A stretch of 64,000 bases of DNA. It comes from Candidatus Latescibacterota bacterium (GTDB taxonomy: Bacteria > Latescibacterota > UBA2968 > GCA-2709665). The position numbers and the translations under genes were made by a program. Below, piece by piece: positions 19,917 through 30,420 of the stretch. The notes under the pieces are model-generated. The model searched no databases. It was not told the DNA's origin and was given only the letters and a program-made list of their open reading frames with translations. Within the stretch, counting starts at the first letter, position 1. The number at the start of each line of letters is the position of its first letter. The stretch lies in assembly GCA_965222075.1 (NCBI GenBank), contig OZ244937.1:1504001-1568000 (forward strand), in the 5' to 3' direction.

Positions 19917-22574
19917 TTATTCCACCGGCACCTCCACCCGAACGCTCACTGCCTCATCCGACGTGAAGAGGCGCCTCCCCTCCCACTCAACAAATGTCCC
20001 GCCGTGTAAAACAACCGACCCGCCGCCGTCCTTCCCTCTTCGCATCAAACAGGCGTGGGCGTCTGTAGTCAGCCCGCCTGCGCTGACCGATCCATCCCCT
20101 GTCCTGAAGACCGCCAGCGCCGTCCCGTCCGGGCCGTTCACTCGAATGCCGATCCCGTCCCTCCCCTTTACCCGCTCCGCCCAAACCGGCTCACCCGAAT
20201 CGGACCGCAGGGGCTGAAGCAGGTGGAGGTAGTGTACCCGTTGTACCGGCCCCGGCGCTGGAAACCGCAGATAGGGCAGCCGGTCCGCCTCCCGGGGCGC
20301 GGGCGTGGAATCGATCCTCACCGTCGACGCCTCCGGCCAGAGGTGCGTCACGTGCACCTCGGCCGAGGTCCCCTCAATCCGGAAAGCGCCGCCCGCGCCT
20401 GTCACCTTCCCGCACGGGCTCAGCAGGCGCCACTCGACCTCCCGTGGCGTCCCGTCGGCGGTCTCGATCTCATCGAACAACACCAGGTAGCGCAGGTCCG
20501 GATCGCCGGGCGGCTTCAGAAACATCAGGTGGCGCCGGTAGGTCTCCAGCATCGGCCGGTACGCGTGCGCCGCCTCTCCACGGACGTAGTCGTACCCCGG
20601 GGAGAAAAAGGCCTCCTCGATCCGGCCGCTCTTCGCCACCTCCTCTCCCCCCAGCCACTGCAGGTCGTACTCGCGCGGCACCGGGCTTTCTTCGTGCACC
20701 GTCGGCTGTCCCCGTCCATCCACCAGGATGGTGTTTCGCCCCGGCGTGCCCTCGTACCAGGCCGTCAGATCGTACTGCGCCTGGGTCAGCACCGCCTCTC
20801 CCGTCTTCGGCGTCCGCAAAAGCGTCAACAGTTCCTCCCCAAACGCCTTGAGCGTAAACGCATTCTTATCCCCCTGCTCCTTACTCACCTCCGGCCCGGA
20901 CGTGAAAGCGACGTGCACCCCCTCTGGGTGCAGCGTATCGTGCAACTTCACCAGCCCTAAGTCCCGGAAGTGGAACGCGGTCACATCCCTCTCCGGGGCC
21001 TCCGGTGCCAGCCTCTCGTCGTAGAACAGGAACTCCCAGGGCCCATGGAAATAAAGCCCCTTCGCCGCCACAACGCCTAACGTATACGTCCCATCCATCC
21101 CCTCAACCGCCTTGGCGACCTCGTGCTCACCGGTAAACGCAACGCCCCGCACGTGCCGTCCTCCGGACATCAGCATCATCAAGGCCCGCCCGGCGTCCGA
21201 TCGGTCCTTTCGCAGGGACGCCCGCACCTCGCCGGCGCTCAGGGGAGCAAACGTCAGGGCCGCCTCCCCTCCGTCACCCGCCAGCACCACCGGTCCGTCC
21301 AGGCGGTCCACGACCTCCCCGGCCCCGTCTAAGGCCTCTAAAGAGGCGACTTCAACCCGGTCGCCCTCAACCTGGAGCGTAACCCGGTCGATCCTCTCCA
21401 CGCTTTCAATTCCCTGCCGATCCTGCACGGCGCCGTTCACCCGGACCTCCATCCGGCCGGCCTCTGCATCCCACCGGAGGGAAACCGCGTACAGGGTCTC
21501 CGGCTTATAAAGCACCTTATCCCGGTTGTACCAGTACGCCGGATATCCCTCCATATCGGGCTCCAGATCGTGCTTCAGGGCCAGCCATTGAAGCGCCGGG
21601 TCCCACAGCCTCCTGGCGTGCACCAGCAGACCCGCCCGATCGTCATAATGCCCGCGTGACCGGTACATTTCCATCCCGAAAATCAGAAAGTGCGACAGCC
21701 GGCGCAGCGGCGCGGTATCGAACAGGTCCGGCCCTCCGTTTTGGGCCAGCGCCTCCATAAACCGCCCTCCGTCGCTCAGGCAGACCCCCAGCCATCCCCG
21801 TCCCTCCATCCGCTCCCCGTCCCGCCCGTAGGCCGCCGGCAGCAGGTATTCCCGCGTGAGCACCAGCCCCATATCCAGCCAGTCCCGCGCCTCTTCAACC
21901 TCGTAGAGCAACCCCAGCCCGGCCAGTCCCTCCAGCGGTATGCTCCGCCACCGGTGGTTATTCGCCAGCCCCCCGCGCCGCGCTTCCGGGTCCTGTGTCA
22001 GCCAGTACGCGTCCTTCTCACACAGCTTCTGCCCCTTCTCTCGCAGTCCCGCAAGCAGCCGCTCCCGTTCCGCATCGGAGAACCGTTCCGGAATCCAATC
22101 GTAGACAATCACCGCCCCCGACAGGATCATGGCCGCCTCCATATCCCAGGGATCGGCCGCCGGCCCCCAGTTCTCCCAGCCCGCAAACGCCAACGCCCAC
22201 GCCTTTGCCCGCTCTGCAAAGGCCTCCTCCTCCGTCAGGAGGTAGGCAAACGCATACAGCGGACCGTAGTATTCCATCGCGTACGCGTAGGACAGAAAAT
22301 CGTAGGTCGCCTTCAGAAACGACTCGTCGTAGCTTCCATCGGGCAACCGGCTCTCGGCCGCCCCGGCCGGAGGTTCTGCCGGAATCGGGTTCTGAAGCGT
22401 CAGCCGGGCCGCCCGGACGATCCCCTCTGCGCACGTCCGATACGGTTCCCGCATTGCCATCTCGCGCAAACGGGGCACATCTTCGGCCGAAAAGAAAAGG
22501 TAGGGATGCGCGCGTTCGGCCTTCAACAGCGCCGCGCTGATCCCCCGGTCTCGCAGCAAATTCCGGATGTTCAT
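19917..22574 (-). CDS. DUF4962/heparinase II/III-like lyase
   Basis: HPYLFFS, AFAYLLT, NNHRW, RNTILVDGRGQ, DYVRGEA...AY. The likely start is MNIRNLL at 22574; the ORF-track extension is a duplicated 3' flank. Confidence 0.72.
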   Translation of the reverse strand: MNIRNLLRDRGISAALLKAERAHPYLFFSAEDVPRLREMAMREPYRTCAEGIVRAARLTLQNPIPAEPPAGAAESRLPDGSYDESFLKATYDFLSYAYAMEYYGPLYAFAYLLTEEEAFAERAKAWALAFAGWENWGPAADPWDMEAAMILSGAVIVYDWIPERFSDAERERLLAGLREKGQKLCEKDAYWLTQDPEARRGGLANNHRWRSIPLEGLAGLGLLYEVEEARDWLDMGLVLTREYLLPAAYGRDGERMEGRGWLGVCLSDGGRFMEALAQNGGPDLFDTAPLRRLSHFLIFGMEMYRSRGHYDDRAGLLVHARRLWDPALQWLALKHDLEPDMEGYPAYWYNRDKVLYKPETLYAVSLRWDAEAGRMEVRVNGAVQDRQGIESVERIDRVTLQVEGDRVEVASLEALDGAGEVVDRLDGPVVLAGDGGEAALTFAPLSAGEVRASLRKDRSDAGRALMMLMSGGRHVRGVAFTGEHEVAKAVEGMDGTYTLGVVAAKGLYFHGPWEFLFYDERLAPEAPERDVTAFHFRDLGLVKLHDTLHPEGVHVAFTSGPEVSKEQGDKNAFTLKAFGEELLTLLRTPKTGEAVLTQAQYDLTAWYEGTPGRNTILVDGRGQPTVHEESPVPREYDLQWLGGEEVAKSGRIEEAFFSPGYDYVRGEAAHAYRPMLETYRRHLMFLKPPGDPDLRYLVLFDEIETADGTPREVEWRLLSPCGKVTGAGGAFRIEGTSAEVHVTHLWPEASTVRIDSTPAPREADRLPYLRFPAPGPVQRVHYLHLLQPLRSDSGEPVWAERVKGRDGIGIRVNGPDGTALAVFRTGDGSVSAGGLTTDAHACLMRRGKDGGGSVVLHGGTFVEWEGRRLFTSDEAVSVRVEVPVE

Positions 22575-22666
22575 ATTCTCACTCTCCGAATTCGATCCCC
22601 ATGTAAACGCCATTGCAGCAGCGAGGGCCCAGCCCCCGGCCCATCTCGATTTCGAAATCACCCGGG

Positions 22667-25600
22667 TCATACCCGACTCAGCGCCGTCACAACGCCCGTA
22701 TCCGTGCCCACCAGAAGGCCTGATCCATCCGCAAGATCCAGGCCAGCCAGCGCTGTCATCCCCCCATCCAGCCGGTGACTCCCAACGATTTCTCCCTCAA
22801 GGGACAGGAACACAATCCATCCTTCGGAAGTCCCCGCAACGATCACCTCCTCTTCACCGGCCTCAAAAAGGACCAGTCCGGTCACCGCCCCGTTCAGATC
22901 CCGACGCCACCGCCGCTCCCCCTCAGCGCTCAACAGCGCCACATTCCCGCTCTCGCTCCCCGCTACAAATCCGGTCCCGCTTACCACCACGCCGTACCGA
23001 ACATCATCTCCCAGGTTCACCGTCCAGAGGATCTCTCCGGAGGTCGAATCAACCACGTAGACATTCCCATCCATCGCCCCGTAGACCGACTCCCTGACCC
23101 CGTCTCCATTCAGATCCGCAAGGGCCAGCGCCGTAAAACAGGGGCCCCCTCGTACCGTCCACCGGACCCTGCCGTCGGCCTCCAGCATATTCGACGTGTG
23201 GTACTCCGTACCCACCAGGATCTCCTGCTTTCCGTCTCCTTCCACATCCCCGATCGCCAGCGTCTGCGCCGCGTGGTGTTCGATCTGCCGCTGCCAGATC
23301 TCCTCGCCATCCGGCGTCAGCGCCCACACCAGCCACCCATCTGTGGCGACCACGACCTCCGTCTGCCCATCTCCCGTCAGATCCGCCGTCGTCACCGCGT
23401 TCACGATCTGGTCCCGCCCGTGGGACACGATAAACTCCCGCTTCCAGCAGACCGTGCCTGCTGCGTCGAACAGGGTCAGCGCACAGTCCCGACCTCCCGC
23501 CAGCAGCTTCCCCTCCCCCAGGTCCGCCAGATGCACCGTGCGCACCTCCCCGCCCGTCTCCTGCCTCCACCCCACCTGCCCGTCCCGGTCCAGCAGGACG
23601 ACCTGCCCTCCGGCCGTCCCCACGGCAATCGCCCCACCCCGTGCATCCATGCACCGCACCTCGCCATCTGCATCCGCCTCCCAGACCACCCTGAGCGCCG
23701 GTTCCTCCTTCGGAACGAAAGCGTTCGCTCTGGGCGCCCGCCGGTGTATATACGGAGACCCGGAGCCAACAGTTTCGTTCAGAGCATCCAGAAGCCCGGG
23801 GTCGAACCTGATTTCGTCACTTCCCACCCACGCATCAATCCCTAACCCGCCCACCAGCACCTCAGCTTCTGCCACCCCGAAAACCGTCGGGCCGTCCGGA
23901 CCTTCTATCCGCACCATGCCCTCTCCAATCCGCTCAATCCGAAAAGCATCCACCTCCGTCCCTGCAGCCAGCAGGTTGAAATACCGCTCCACATCTCCGG
24001 GCTGCCCGTGAAATGCCTTGCGCTGCTTGAAGATCCGGATCGGTCCGTCCGCATACGCGTATCCCTCATACGGGTCCTGGCCTGCAATCCGCGATTCCTC
24101 CGTCTCCAGGGACTTATCCGAGTCATCCGCATTTCGAATCCGGAAAAAGGCTCCCTCCTGCTCCACGGTCAGCTCACTCCCCTCCTGCCGCACCTCCCCA
24201 AGCGTCCGCCACAGACACCGCAAATCGTAATCCGCATCCCTCAAGAGCTTGAGCGAGTCGACAACCAGCAGGTATTTCCCCTTCACCCAGAAGATATCCC
24301 GTGTCCAGTCCACCCCGTTATAATCCGGCACAACCGTCCGGGTAAACGCGGCTTCCCCGAAGTCTTCCGCCCACTTCACCCCCACCAGCGACGGCATCTC
24401 CAGGCTTTCTCCGTCGCAGATCGACACGACCGACGAGTGGTGTCTCGGCCGCTTCCAGATATAATCCGTCTCCGCCAGCCACATCCGTCCCTTCCACGTC
24501 AGCCGCTCGATCGAGTTGCCGTCCTCGTGCCCGTGCGCAAACGTCGAGGTCCCGTCCAGCAGCAGGTAGAGGTCCTCCTCCTCGAAGCCCTCCCGCAGCG
24601 TCAGCTTATCAAACGCCACCTCCAGGGGCACGTTCGCCCCGCCCGGGCCGTGCTGTTCCACCCACTCGTAGAGCGGCCGGTTGAACGGGGCGGTCGCGAT
24701 ACCCGCCATGTGGTCGGGAACCTGCTTTGGGACTGCCTTGTAGAAACAGTCGTGCTGCGGCGATCCTCCCATCCAGTCCAGCGCCCACAGGTAGCGCCCG
24801 TCCTCGCAGTACCAGGCCGCCTTGCACAGCGTGCTCGTCACCCCGGGCGAAGCGCTTCGGCGCACGCCATAAGCCCCCACGTCTCCGAAACCCACCGGCG
24901 ATCCCAGGTTGTCCGTAATCAGAATCGCGTAGTCTGCGATCTCCCGCAGGTGCCCGCCCTTTAAGAAGCGAAAATTATCCCGCTTCAGATCGTAAATCAT
25001 CTGGTGGTTCGGCACCAGCCAGCAGTACCCCCCGCCTCCGCCGTCGTCGTTGGGCTTGTAACAATCGGCCTGCCCGTCGAAAATCGCCTGGCAGAAGCGG
25101 AGTTCTTTTTCAAAATCCTCGACCCCGTAATACGTCTTGAAATATCCCGCGCTGAACGACATACTCAATCCGGCGAACGTCGGATGGTTCTGCCGGATCT
25201 CCAGGGGCGGCGGCTCCTCCCCCTCAAAATAACGCAGCCCCGCCACGTAATGCGTCAACCCCCAAAGCAAATTCGTCATCCGGAGGCGCTCCGCATCCGT
25301 AAACGCATCGCTCTCCTCGATCAGGTCCCAGATGTAGAACAACCGCCAGGCCCAGGCGTAGATGAACAGCATATGCTCGAAGCACCACTCCCCCCCGTAG
25401 CGGTTCTTTACCAGATCCTCGTAGGTAAACAGGACATCCCGGAACATCCGGGCGCAGTCGAGTTCGTGCGTGAAGTGGTGGACCAGCCCCAGCGTCACCC
25501 CCCGTTCGATCGGCCCGCGGCCTGCGTTGCCCTGAAACGCTGCCTCCGTCTGCTCCCGAAACGCCTCCGGCGTCATCTCCGGCAGCAGCGCCTCGTGCAC

Positions 25601-26053
25601 CGCCGACCGGGACAGATTCGTATACGCAAAGCGCCCCCCGGTCCCCTCTAAAACCCCCTCCAGCACCTCCAGCGCCGCAGCCGCACCCTCCAGCGTGCTC
25701 CCCCCCACAAGCAGCACGTTGTACCCGCAGTTCTCCGGATTGTGCACCGTCCGAATCACATACCCGTCCCCACCCGGATAAAAATCGTCCACAAACACAT
25801 ATTTCCGCCGGTAAAGCGCCATCAGCGCCGGGTTATTCATCGCGCTGCCCAAAAGCACCCGGTGCCGCTCCCTAAGGGCCGAAGCCCCCTCAACAATCGG
25901 CAGATCCACACCCGCATGCGCCCGGATCAGATCCCGCAACCGCTCCGCCGTGGGCCTCCAATCCGCTCCGGACGGCGCCACGATCTCCGCCCCCTCCCTG
26001 AGATCCGTGATCAGGTGCATCTCTTTCAACGTCTCAATCCGTGTCCCGGCCAA
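22667..26053 (-). CDS. Heparinase II/III-like lyase + beta-propeller (paralog A2)
   Basis: Same motifs as 16151-19795, with long near-identical blocks; lacks a ~73-aa linker segment. Confidence 0.7.
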   Translation of the reverse strand: MAGTRIETLKEMHLITDLREGAEIVAPSGADWRPTAERLRDLIRAHAGVDLPIVEGASALRERHRVLLGSAMNNPALMALYRRKYVFVDDFYPGGDGYVIRTVHNPENCGYNVLLVGGSTLEGAAAALEVLEGVLEGTGGRFAYTNLSRSAVHEALLPEMTPEAFREQTEAAFQGNAGRGPIERGVTLGLVHHFTHELDCARMFRDVLFTYEDLVKNRYGGEWCFEHMLFIYAWAWRLFYIWDLIEESDAFTDAERLRMTNLLWGLTHYVAGLRYFEGEEPPPLEIRQNHPTFAGLSMSFSAGYFKTYYGVEDFEKELRFCQAIFDGQADCYKPNDDGGGGGYCWLVPNHQMIYDLKRDNFRFLKGGHLREIADYAILITDNLGSPVGFGDVGAYGVRRSASPGVTSTLCKAAWYCEDGRYLWALDWMGGSPQHDCFYKAVPKQVPDHMAGIATAPFNRPLYEWVEQHGPGGANVPLEVAFDKLTLREGFEEEDLYLLLDGTSTFAHGHEDGNSIERLTWKGRMWLAETDYIWKRPRHHSSVVSICDGESLEMPSLVGVKWAEDFGEAAFTRTVVPDYNGVDWTRDIFWVKGKYLLVVDSLKLLRDADYDLRCLWRTLGEVRQEGSELTVEQEGAFFRIRNADDSDKSLETEESRIAGQDPYEGYAYADGPIRIFKQRKAFHGQPGDVERYFNLLAAGTEVDAFRIERIGEGMVRIEGPDGPTVFGVAEAEVLVGGLGIDAWVGSDEIRFDPGLLDALNETVGSGSPYIHRRAPRANAFVPKEEPALRVVWEADADGEVRCMDARGGAIAVGTAGGQVVLLDRDGQVGWRQETGGEVRTVHLADLGEGKLLAGGRDCALTLFDAAGTVCWKREFIVSHGRDQIVNAVTTADLTGDGQTEVVVATDGWLVWALTPDGEEIWQRQIEHHAAQTLAIGDVEGDGKQEILVGTEYHTSNMLEADGRVRWTVRGGPCFTALALADLNGDGVRESVYGAMDGNVYVVDSTSGEILWTVNLGDDVRYGVVVSGTGFVAGSESGNVALLSAEGERRWRRDLNGAVTGLVLFEAGEEEVIVAGTSEGWIVFLSLEGEIVGSHRLDGGMTALAGLDLADGSGLLVGTDTGVVTALSRV

Positions 26054-26068
26054 TGGAATACCCTCCTT

Positions 26069-28039
26069 TCAATACGCATGCACCCCATGTCCCTGCCCTC
26101 CGAAATACGTCACATCCAGCAAAAACGAAATTCCCACATTCAGCGCATAACCGATCATCAGCCCCAGAAAAAACGGGATCGACCGCCGGTACAGAAAAAC
26201 GCCCCCGGCCTTCAAGACAATCCCCTTGATCGACCAGGTAATAAACACCGACAGAACCGAATGCACCGTCATACCCGACCACGTAATCGCCATCCCCAGC
26301 GGGTGCAGCGGCCACCAGGGCAGCCGGTACCTCAGCAGCGTCAGCACGAGCATCACCGCACAGCCGGTTCCGAAATAGCCGAACACCTCCGTCTTCACCG
26401 GGTCCGGGCTCGTCATCATCCCTACGAAAGAATTGAACGTGGGCACCGTCCGCCGGAAAAGCGCAACACTCCCGAAATTGTAGGCCCCCACCGTATACCC
26501 CCAGTAAAGCGTCAGCCCCACCGATGTCGCCACCCCCACAACCAGGCCCAGCCCCACCGCAAGCCCCAGATGCCGCCGGCCCCGCCTGATCAGATCGCCG
26601 ATCTTAACCACGTGCGCCAGGGCGGGCATAAACAGCCCCCGGCCGTCGTTGCGCAGGGCGTAAGAAAACACCAGCGCCGTCATACCCGACCCCGGAATCG
26701 CCGCCGGTCCGAGGGCGCCTAAGATCACGCTCTGGGGGAACATGGGCGAACTCACGTACAGCAGACCCGATTGCGCCACAACGCGCGCCACGCCCAGATA
26801 GGTCACAAAAAAGAGGACCACAAGCGTCACCGAGAGCGCCCCCCCCATCCCCACAGCCTGGAACCAGGCCACGATGAAGACAAGGCTCAACACCGCGCCG
26901 ACCACGCCAGTACGGCAGGACAGAATCTCATCGCTGTCTTTGACCTGGGCCGACGGATTCCACGCCTTTCGGAAGACATCGCGGAGGTGCCCGCGCGCCG
27001 TCCAGAACCCCCATCCCACCAGAGCGCACAGCGCCCCGAAGCTCTGCCACTGAACGGCCGCCCCCCCGGAGATCCCACCGACCCCCAGCCGCCTGAAGGC
27101 GTAAATTTGACACATGGCCAGCAGGTGGAAGAACCAGATGCTGAACAGCACATCCAGGTTGGCCAGATAGGCGAAGCCGATCGTATAAAAATTGATGGTC
27201 GTATGCAGGCGGGGGAAGTCCTTGATAAACAGGGTCCAGCGGGACGGGATGCCCAGGGGAATCTCCGGAAACGTAGGAAAAAAGTGCTCCAGCATATTCC
27301 AGGTCATCATCAGCGTGGAGACCCCAAAGCCGATCTTGAACGCCCGCGTCCGCATAAACGGCGGAAAAAATCCGCCATCCCGCGACGCCTCCCCCATGTC
27401 GACCGCGATCTGGGCCAGTGGATACACCAGCCGCTCGTGTTCCGCCCACTGCCGCCGCAGAATCACCATCAAACACAGCGACCCGAATGCAAACGCCCCC
27501 ACCAGCGCCATCCACCAGCTCAACGACCCCGCCCACGCCCCCCACGGGATCGACATATCCTCTGACGGCAGCCCCTCAAACAGCATCCGCATGGCGCCCG
27601 TATCGTCCGACGGCGCGATCCACTCCGGCATGTGGATATGAAAAAAGGCGCCCCACTTGTTCTCCGGAGTCGCCTGGTAGTAGGGAACAGAGACCGTCCC
27701 CAGCAGCGTCGTCATCAGGCTGAAACCGGGCACCACCGCCCCGCTCAACCCCATCGCGGCCACCACCAGGATCTCCGACCTGGACAGACCGAGGTCCTTC
27801 CGCACCGCCCTGAGGACTGGATTGACCAGCAGCGCCAGGAGCATAAACGGCACAAAAAGCCCCATGGGAAAGTGGGTCACCTGGAGCCACGACGCCCGGA
27901 TCAGATAGAGCGAATACAGGATCCAGAAATTGACAAAAATCACAATCAGCAGACCGATGCCCACCGACCGAAGGGTGACCCCTTCCCTCAATTTCGAGGG
28001 CTGCTTCTCCGACAGCGATTTCACCGCCTGTTGATCCAT
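26069..28039 (-). CDS. Polytopic membrane protein, DUF6785/DUF6784-like
   Basis: GVTLRSV, PYYQATPENKW, RRQWAEHERLVYP, WWPLHPLG, PFFLG; paralog of 3401-5413. Confidence 0.8.
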   Translation of the reverse strand: MDQQAVKSLSEKQPSKLREGVTLRSVGIGLLIVIFVNFWILYSLYLIRASWLQVTHFPMGLFVPFMLLALLVNPVLRAVRKDLGLSRSEILVVAAMGLSGAVVPGFSLMTTLLGTVSVPYYQATPENKWGAFFHIHMPEWIAPSDDTGAMRMLFEGLPSEDMSIPWGAWAGSLSWWMALVGAFAFGSLCLMVILRRQWAEHERLVYPLAQIAVDMGEASRDGGFFPPFMRTRAFKIGFGVSTLMMTWNMLEHFFPTFPEIPLGIPSRWTLFIKDFPRLHTTINFYTIGFAYLANLDVLFSIWFFHLLAMCQIYAFRRLGVGGISGGAAVQWQSFGALCALVGWGFWTARGHLRDVFRKAWNPSAQVKDSDEILSCRTGVVGAVLSLVFIVAWFQAVGMGGALSVTLVVLFFVTYLGVARVVAQSGLLYVSSPMFPQSVILGALGPAAIPGSGMTALVFSYALRNDGRGLFMPALAHVVKIGDLIRRGRRHLGLAVGLGLVVGVATSVGLTLYWGYTVGAYNFGSVALFRRTVPTFNSFVGMMTSPDPVKTEVFGYFGTGCAVMLVLTLLRYRLPWWPLHPLGMAITWSGMTVHSVLSVFITWSIKGIVLKAGGVFLYRRSIPFFLGLMIGYALNVGISFLLDVTYFGGQGHGVHAY

Positions 28040-28046
28040 ATCCGTA

Positions 28047-30389
28047 TCATTCCGGTAAAATCGCAAACTCGTCGAACCAGAACTGCTGTCCTTCTTTCAC
28101 GTTCTGGTGTGTATAGAAACGAAACCGGCGCAAATATCGGACCTCCTTGAGCTGCTCGCGTATCGTCCGTGCATCCAGCGTCGTATTGTGCCAGTGGCCG
28201 TCGTCCAGCAAGGTGTAGGTGCCCGTGTCCGGGTATGGCCCGCAATCGCGTGATGGCGTGCCCCCCACAACCACGACCCCCTCTCCGTACGCTTCCGCCG
28301 GAAATGCCTGAAGCCACAGCCCCACCGGCACCCCCTCCGGGATCCGGTAGGCAAAGCGGATGAACGGATAAGTGTCGATATCCCATTCCCCGGGAGCGAG
28401 ACTACAGCCCAGGTCAGAACCGTCTGCCTCCGCAAAGAGCCGCACGCACTTCCCCCCCCCAAAGCCGCCGGTAACGAACGCGTGCCCGGTCCCTCGATTT
28501 CCGCGGTAGATCTTGAACAGGTACCCCCAATCCAGCGTCGTCTCTTCTTCAAAATCGACCGCCAGCATCGGCGTATCGGGATCAACCGGCCGCTCCACCT
28601 TCACAAATATCACATCCGCGTCCTCATCCCCATCCTTATACCGCACCCGCGCCCGCGCGCCGTAGTGCCCGGAATCCGAATAAACGTGGACCGCTTCGGG
28701 CGCCTGCAGGGTCTCCCCATCGCCAAAATCCCACCGGACAGACTCGATGTCCCTCCCCGTGGGCTCAACACAAAACCTCACCTCCTGCCCGGGTTCGGCG
28801 TCGACCGGCTTGGCCTTCGCAATCACCCGCTGGGAACCCTGCAGCCCATGCTCGTATGCGCCGATATCCGGAGCCTCCCCAAACCAGGGCATGCTCACCG
28901 GCGCGCCCGCCTCCCATTCCACCTCGCGGTCCAGAACGAGCAGGTCCGGCTGATAATAGTTGAGCACGACTTTCCGGATGCGGGCAGTCCGACCTCCCTT
29001 CCCAATGGCTATCCGGTCTCCCACTTCACCCTCAATTCCGAACCCATCGTAGAAGTACCTGCCGTCATCCACCAGAACCTCCCGTCCCCTTCCGGCCCGC
29101 GTCGTCCACGTCAGCGCACGTCCCGCATCAATACACGGACTGTCCGGACGCAGCCGGAAATCGTGGTTTGCCGAATCCACAAAGCCGGGATCCACATCAA
29201 CGTTATCCTCGAACTCCCGCCAGTGCCCCCGGACCACCGCCTTCTTGTTGGCCTCATCCACCGTCCAGAACCGCTCTCCGTGCCGCACCACCCGCTGCCC
29301 GGCCTCTGTGCCCCGAAACACATTGTTCAAAAACAGGTTGTCTCCTGCAATCCCTGTCCCCCTCACAATCTGAACACTGCCCCCGTACTTATCGTTTTGA
29401 AAAAAGATATTGTTCACAAATACATTCGAGCTCACGTTGATCCCGGTAAGTTCCCACCCGTACCCCAGGTTGTCCGCAATCGTATTGTGGTACACCCTCG
29501 AATTGACAAAGCGGAACGGATCGCGCACCTGGTAGTTCACCGGCACATAACTCGACGAGTTGAGCGGCGTATGCCGATTGCGAAACACCCGGTTGAAGCG
29601 GATGATACTGTCGATCACCAGATTCTTCGCCCGGCTGTCGGCCGAATGCGCGCTGTCGAGCGCTTCGGTAACAATATTCCCCTCGACCAGCGCCCTGCCC
29701 GAAGCCCAGAATTCATAGTTGCGCCCCCACGGATTGTGGAAGCAATTCGACCGTACCACCAGATAATTCGTCATCGAAATCTGCAGCGGGCAGTGCCCCA
29801 CGCGCGCAAACGCGTTTCCCTCGATCACCACGTACGTGCATCCGATCACCTGGCACATATTGCCGCCCACCTGGTCCTTGCGGAACACGTTGTCGATGAG
29901 CCGAACATGCTCGCACTCGGTCAACACCAGCGGCGTCGAAGGCCCGGACTTCTCCATATAACACCCCAGGACGGCAAGGTGATCGCACCCATCGGCGCGC
30001 AGCCAGCGCCCATCCCCGGGCGCAATCCGAAAGTCCTCGAAACTGATATTATGCTTCCCCTGAAGATCCACGGCCAGCCCGTGTGCGCCCCCACCCACCA
30101 GCACCGCCCCGTGCCTGACTTCCGACCGGTAGCGGATGGGCGCATCCCCTCCCTGGTCGGGCGCAATCGTGCCCTCGTATGTCCCCGGCAGAAAAATCAG
30201 GGTATCGCCCGGTCTCAAAGCGGCGTTCGCCCGCTTGATGCTTCTCCAGGGAGACGCGCGCCCGCCCGTCCCCCTGTCCTCTCCATCCGGCGCCAGGTAG
30301 AACACCGCACCCAGGCAGGGCACGGCGAGTGCCACCATCAGAATGAACATGCCCGCAGACGTGACGTATGGATCAAAAACAATATGCAT
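28047..30389 (-). CDS. Secreted right-handed beta-helix protein with PKD domain (lyase/glycosidase-like)
   Basis: Hydrophobic leader; FYLAPDGED...PWRSI...PGDT...GTY; Asn-rich coils; DFRLRPDSPCIDAG; PKD WDFGDG. Start MHIV follows GGGAGG. Confidence 0.75.
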   Translation of the reverse strand: MHIVFDPYVTSAGMFILMVALAVPCLGAVFYLAPDGEDRGTGGRASPWRSIKRANAALRPGDTLIFLPGTYEGTIAPDQGGDAPIRYRSEVRHGAVLVGGGAHGLAVDLQGKHNISFEDFRIAPGDGRWLRADGCDHLAVLGCYMEKSGPSTPLVLTECEHVRLIDNVFRKDQVGGNMCQVIGCTYVVIEGNAFARVGHCPLQISMTNYLVVRSNCFHNPWGRNYEFWASGRALVEGNIVTEALDSAHSADSRAKNLVIDSIIRFNRVFRNRHTPLNSSSYVPVNYQVRDPFRFVNSRVYHNTIADNLGYGWELTGINVSSNVFVNNIFFQNDKYGGSVQIVRGTGIAGDNLFLNNVFRGTEAGQRVVRHGERFWTVDEANKKAVVRGHWREFEDNVDVDPGFVDSANHDFRLRPDSPCIDAGRALTWTTRAGRGREVLVDDGRYFYDGFGIEGEVGDRIAIGKGGRTARIRKVVLNYYQPDLLVLDREVEWEAGAPVSMPWFGEAPDIGAYEHGLQGSQRVIAKAKPVDAEPGQEVRFCVEPTGRDIESVRWDFGDGETLQAPEAVHVYSDSGHYGARARVRYKDGDEDADVIFVKVERPVDPDTPMLAVDFEEETTLDWGYLFKIYRGNRGTGHAFVTGGFGGGKCVRLFAEADGSDLGCSLAPGEWDIDTYPFIRFAYRIPEGVPVGLWLQAFPAEAYGEGVVVVGGTPSRDCGPYPDTGTYTLLDDGHWHNTTLDARTIREQLKEVRYLRRFRFYTHQNVKEGQQFWFDEFAILPE

Positions 30390-30420
30390 ACCGACCTCCC
30401 TATAAGGTCCAGCGGGCGCC

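Noticed and set aside
22575-22670. N-terminal signal-like extension MTRVISKSRWAGGWALAAAMAF
   Set aside because: It is largely the duplicated 3' flank also found at 16109-16150; the downstream MNIRN start is more plausible.
16151-26053. Diversity-generating retroelement TR/VR pair in the near-identical paralog ends
   Set aside because: Differences are not adenine-specific, both copies are full genes, and no reverse transcriptase is present.
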